This document shows positions 46,949 to 48,112 of a DNA stretch of 48,112 nt, piece after piece. The stretch spans positions 1-48,112 of the forward strand of contig CAYNXV010000004.1 in assembly GCA_964401245.1 (NCBI GenBank). Direction: 5' to 3'. The stretch comes from an uncultured Bifidobacteriales bacterium. GTDB taxonomy: Bacteria > Fibrobacterota > Fibrobacteria > UBA11236. The position numbers were made by a program, and so were the translations under genes. The notes under the pieces are model-generated. The model did no database searches and was not told where the DNA came from. It saw only the letters and a program-made list of their open reading frames with translations. Positions within the stretch are counted from its first letter, which is position 1; each line of letters begins with the position of its first letter.

Positions 46949-47884
46949 ATGGCCCGCGTTCTGGTAATCGGTTTGAATCCCGCCTGGCAAATGGTCGCCC
47001 ATTTGCCCCGCCTCGAAGTGGGAGAGGTCAACCGCGCCCTGGCCGCTTATGAAATCGCCTCGGGCAAGGGTTTGAACGCCGCCCGCACCCTCGCCGCCTT
47101 GGGTCATCAGGTGGATTTGCTGCAAATCCTGGGAGGAGAGCGCGGCCGCAAATGTCTGGCGGCCTGCGAGGGGTACGGCATCCGCAGCCTGCACATCTGG
47201 GTCGACGCCGACACCCGGTACGCCATGACCCTGTTGGATGCGGAAAAACATTCGGCCACCGAAATCATCGCCCCTTTCGCCGTACCCATACGCACCACCG
47301 AAGCGGCGGTCCGCGAAGAGCTGGAGGCGACCCTTAAGGCAGCGGGCGAAACCTATGACGGAGTTTGCATTTGCGGAACGGTTCCGGCCGGATGCCCGAC
47401 GGATATTTACGGCGATTTGCTGGCCGAAGTCACGGCTCCCGTCACGGTGGTGGATGCCTGGAAGGAAGTGACTCCCGAAGTATTGGGCCAAACGGGATTC
47501 CTCAAGGTGAATTCCCGTGAATATGAAATCCTGCGCTCGAAGTGGGGGAGATATCTCGCTCCCGAAGGCAAGGGACCGGTTTGTCTTATAACCGATGGGG
47601 CGGCGCCGGCGCGGCTGTTGGAGCCGGGTAGGCCCGTGCGGTTGTTGAAACTTCCGGAGCTGGCGGGAACCCTCAACCCCATCGGGGCCGGCGACGTGGT
47701 GGCGGGCGCCTTCACCCATCACCGGTTGGCCGGCATGGAGGTATCCGCAGCCTTTTTGGAAGCCCTGGCTTTGGGCATGGCCAGTTGCCTCACTTTGCTT
47801 CCCGCCGACATCGATGAAAAGGCCGCGAAAAGTCTGGCGGAGAAATTACGCGCGGGTCCCGGCTGGGAGGATGAGCTTGTCTGA
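46949..47884 (+). CDS. PfkB-family carbohydrate kinase (1-phosphofructokinase/tagatose-6-P kinase-like)
   Basis: ASGKGLNAA...VCICGTVP...LKVNSREYE...NPIGAGDVVAGAF shows the PfkB signature motifs. Confidence 0.8.
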   Translation: MARVLVIGLNPAWQMVAHLPRLEVGEVNRALAAYEIASGKGLNAARTLAALGHQVDLLQILGGERGRKCLAACEGYGIRSLHIWVDADTRYAMTLLDAEKHSATEIIAPFAVPIRTTEAAVREELEATLKAAGETYDGVCICGTVPAGCPTDIYGDLLAEVTAPVTVVDAWKEVTPEVLGQTGFLKVNSREYEILRSKWGRYLAPEGKGPVCLITDGAAPARLLEPGRPVRLLKLPELAGTLNPIGAGDVVAGAFTHHRLAGMEVSAAFLEALALGMASCLTLLPADIDEKAAKSLAEKLRAGPGWEDELV

Positions 47885-48112
47885 TCCCTGGCCTGAACGT
47901 CTGCCTCAATTCCCCCCCTCGGGCGGCACCTGGTTCGTGGCGGCTACCACCTTGGAAATGAACGCCTGTTTTCCCCAAATAGCCGGTAACCTATCGGTTT
48001 CTCCCTATTGGGTTGTGGAAGAGGGCCGCGTATATGTCTTGGGCGGACTGGGCGTTCCTTTGTCTTTGGCGCGTTTGCTAACGCTGATGAACGGATCGCG
48101 GCCGGGTTTGGT
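47871..48112 (+). CDS. Partial ORF (80 codons, open to the window end); possibly a nucleoside phosphorylase/futalosine hydrolase-family protein
   Basis: The ATG at 47871 overlaps the pfkB-like stop by 14 nt. MSLSDPWPERLP...GGTWFVAATTLEMNACFP...VYVLGGLGVPLSLARLL is faintly reminiscent of the PNP_UDP_1 N-terminus. It is not in the ORF track because no stop is reached. Confidence 0.3.
   Translation, partial: MSLSDPWPERLPQFPPSGGTWFVAATTLEMNACFPQIAGNLSVSPYWVVEEGRVYVLGGLGVPLSLARLLTLMNGSRPGL

Overview
This is a 48.1-kb bacterial chromosomal window with moderately high GC and AT-rich patches. A type IX secretion C-terminal sorting domain on one protein suggests an FCB-superphylum organism. I found no rRNA, CRISPR array, transposase/IS element or phage genes, and one tRNA-Lys(CUU). 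The left third (about 1-14 kb) looks accessory and is visibly decaying. It holds two roughly 0.9-kb direct repeats, each carrying a secreted LamG-domain gene; one copy is knocked out by an amber codon. The repeats bracket a RelE/Phd toxin-antitoxin (TA) pair, an orphan XRE antitoxin-like gene, a Cu(I) P-type ATPase, a DUF3347-like gene relic and a small lipoprotein. This third also holds a PIN/Phd-like TA cassette inserted next to a relE relic. A low-GC two-gene operon follows (M60-like metallopeptidase with a T9SS tail, plus a sialate-O-acetylesterase-family protein), then a killer/antidote (HI1419/HI1420-type) TA pair. The right two-thirds is core-like and rich in stress and envelope functions. 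It contains two paralogous PAS/GAF hybrid histidine kinases, a catalase, a XerD-like recombinase next to the tRNA, a YghA-like short-chain dehydrogenase (SDR) and a class I aldolase. It also contains a CBS protein, a dienelactone-hydrolase-like protein lacking its nucleophile, an OMF-MFP-RND efflux operon, HtrA/DegP, PoxB-like pyruvate oxidase and a second SDR. The remaining genes are an outer-membrane barrel, an M23 peptidase, a PHP phosphoesterase, a mannose-1-P guanylyltransferase, a GT9-like protein, a GAF-GGDEF cyclase and a PfkB kinase. I did not recognise a clear-cut new multi-gene system. The most unusual signals are the mosaic repeat structure around the copper/TA segment, nested TA decay, two homopolymer-linked frame breaks, a shared N-terminal carrier module fused to an unrecognised Cys-rich domain, and a probable pseudo-hydrolase. 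All calls rest on reading motifs by eye; no database search was run.
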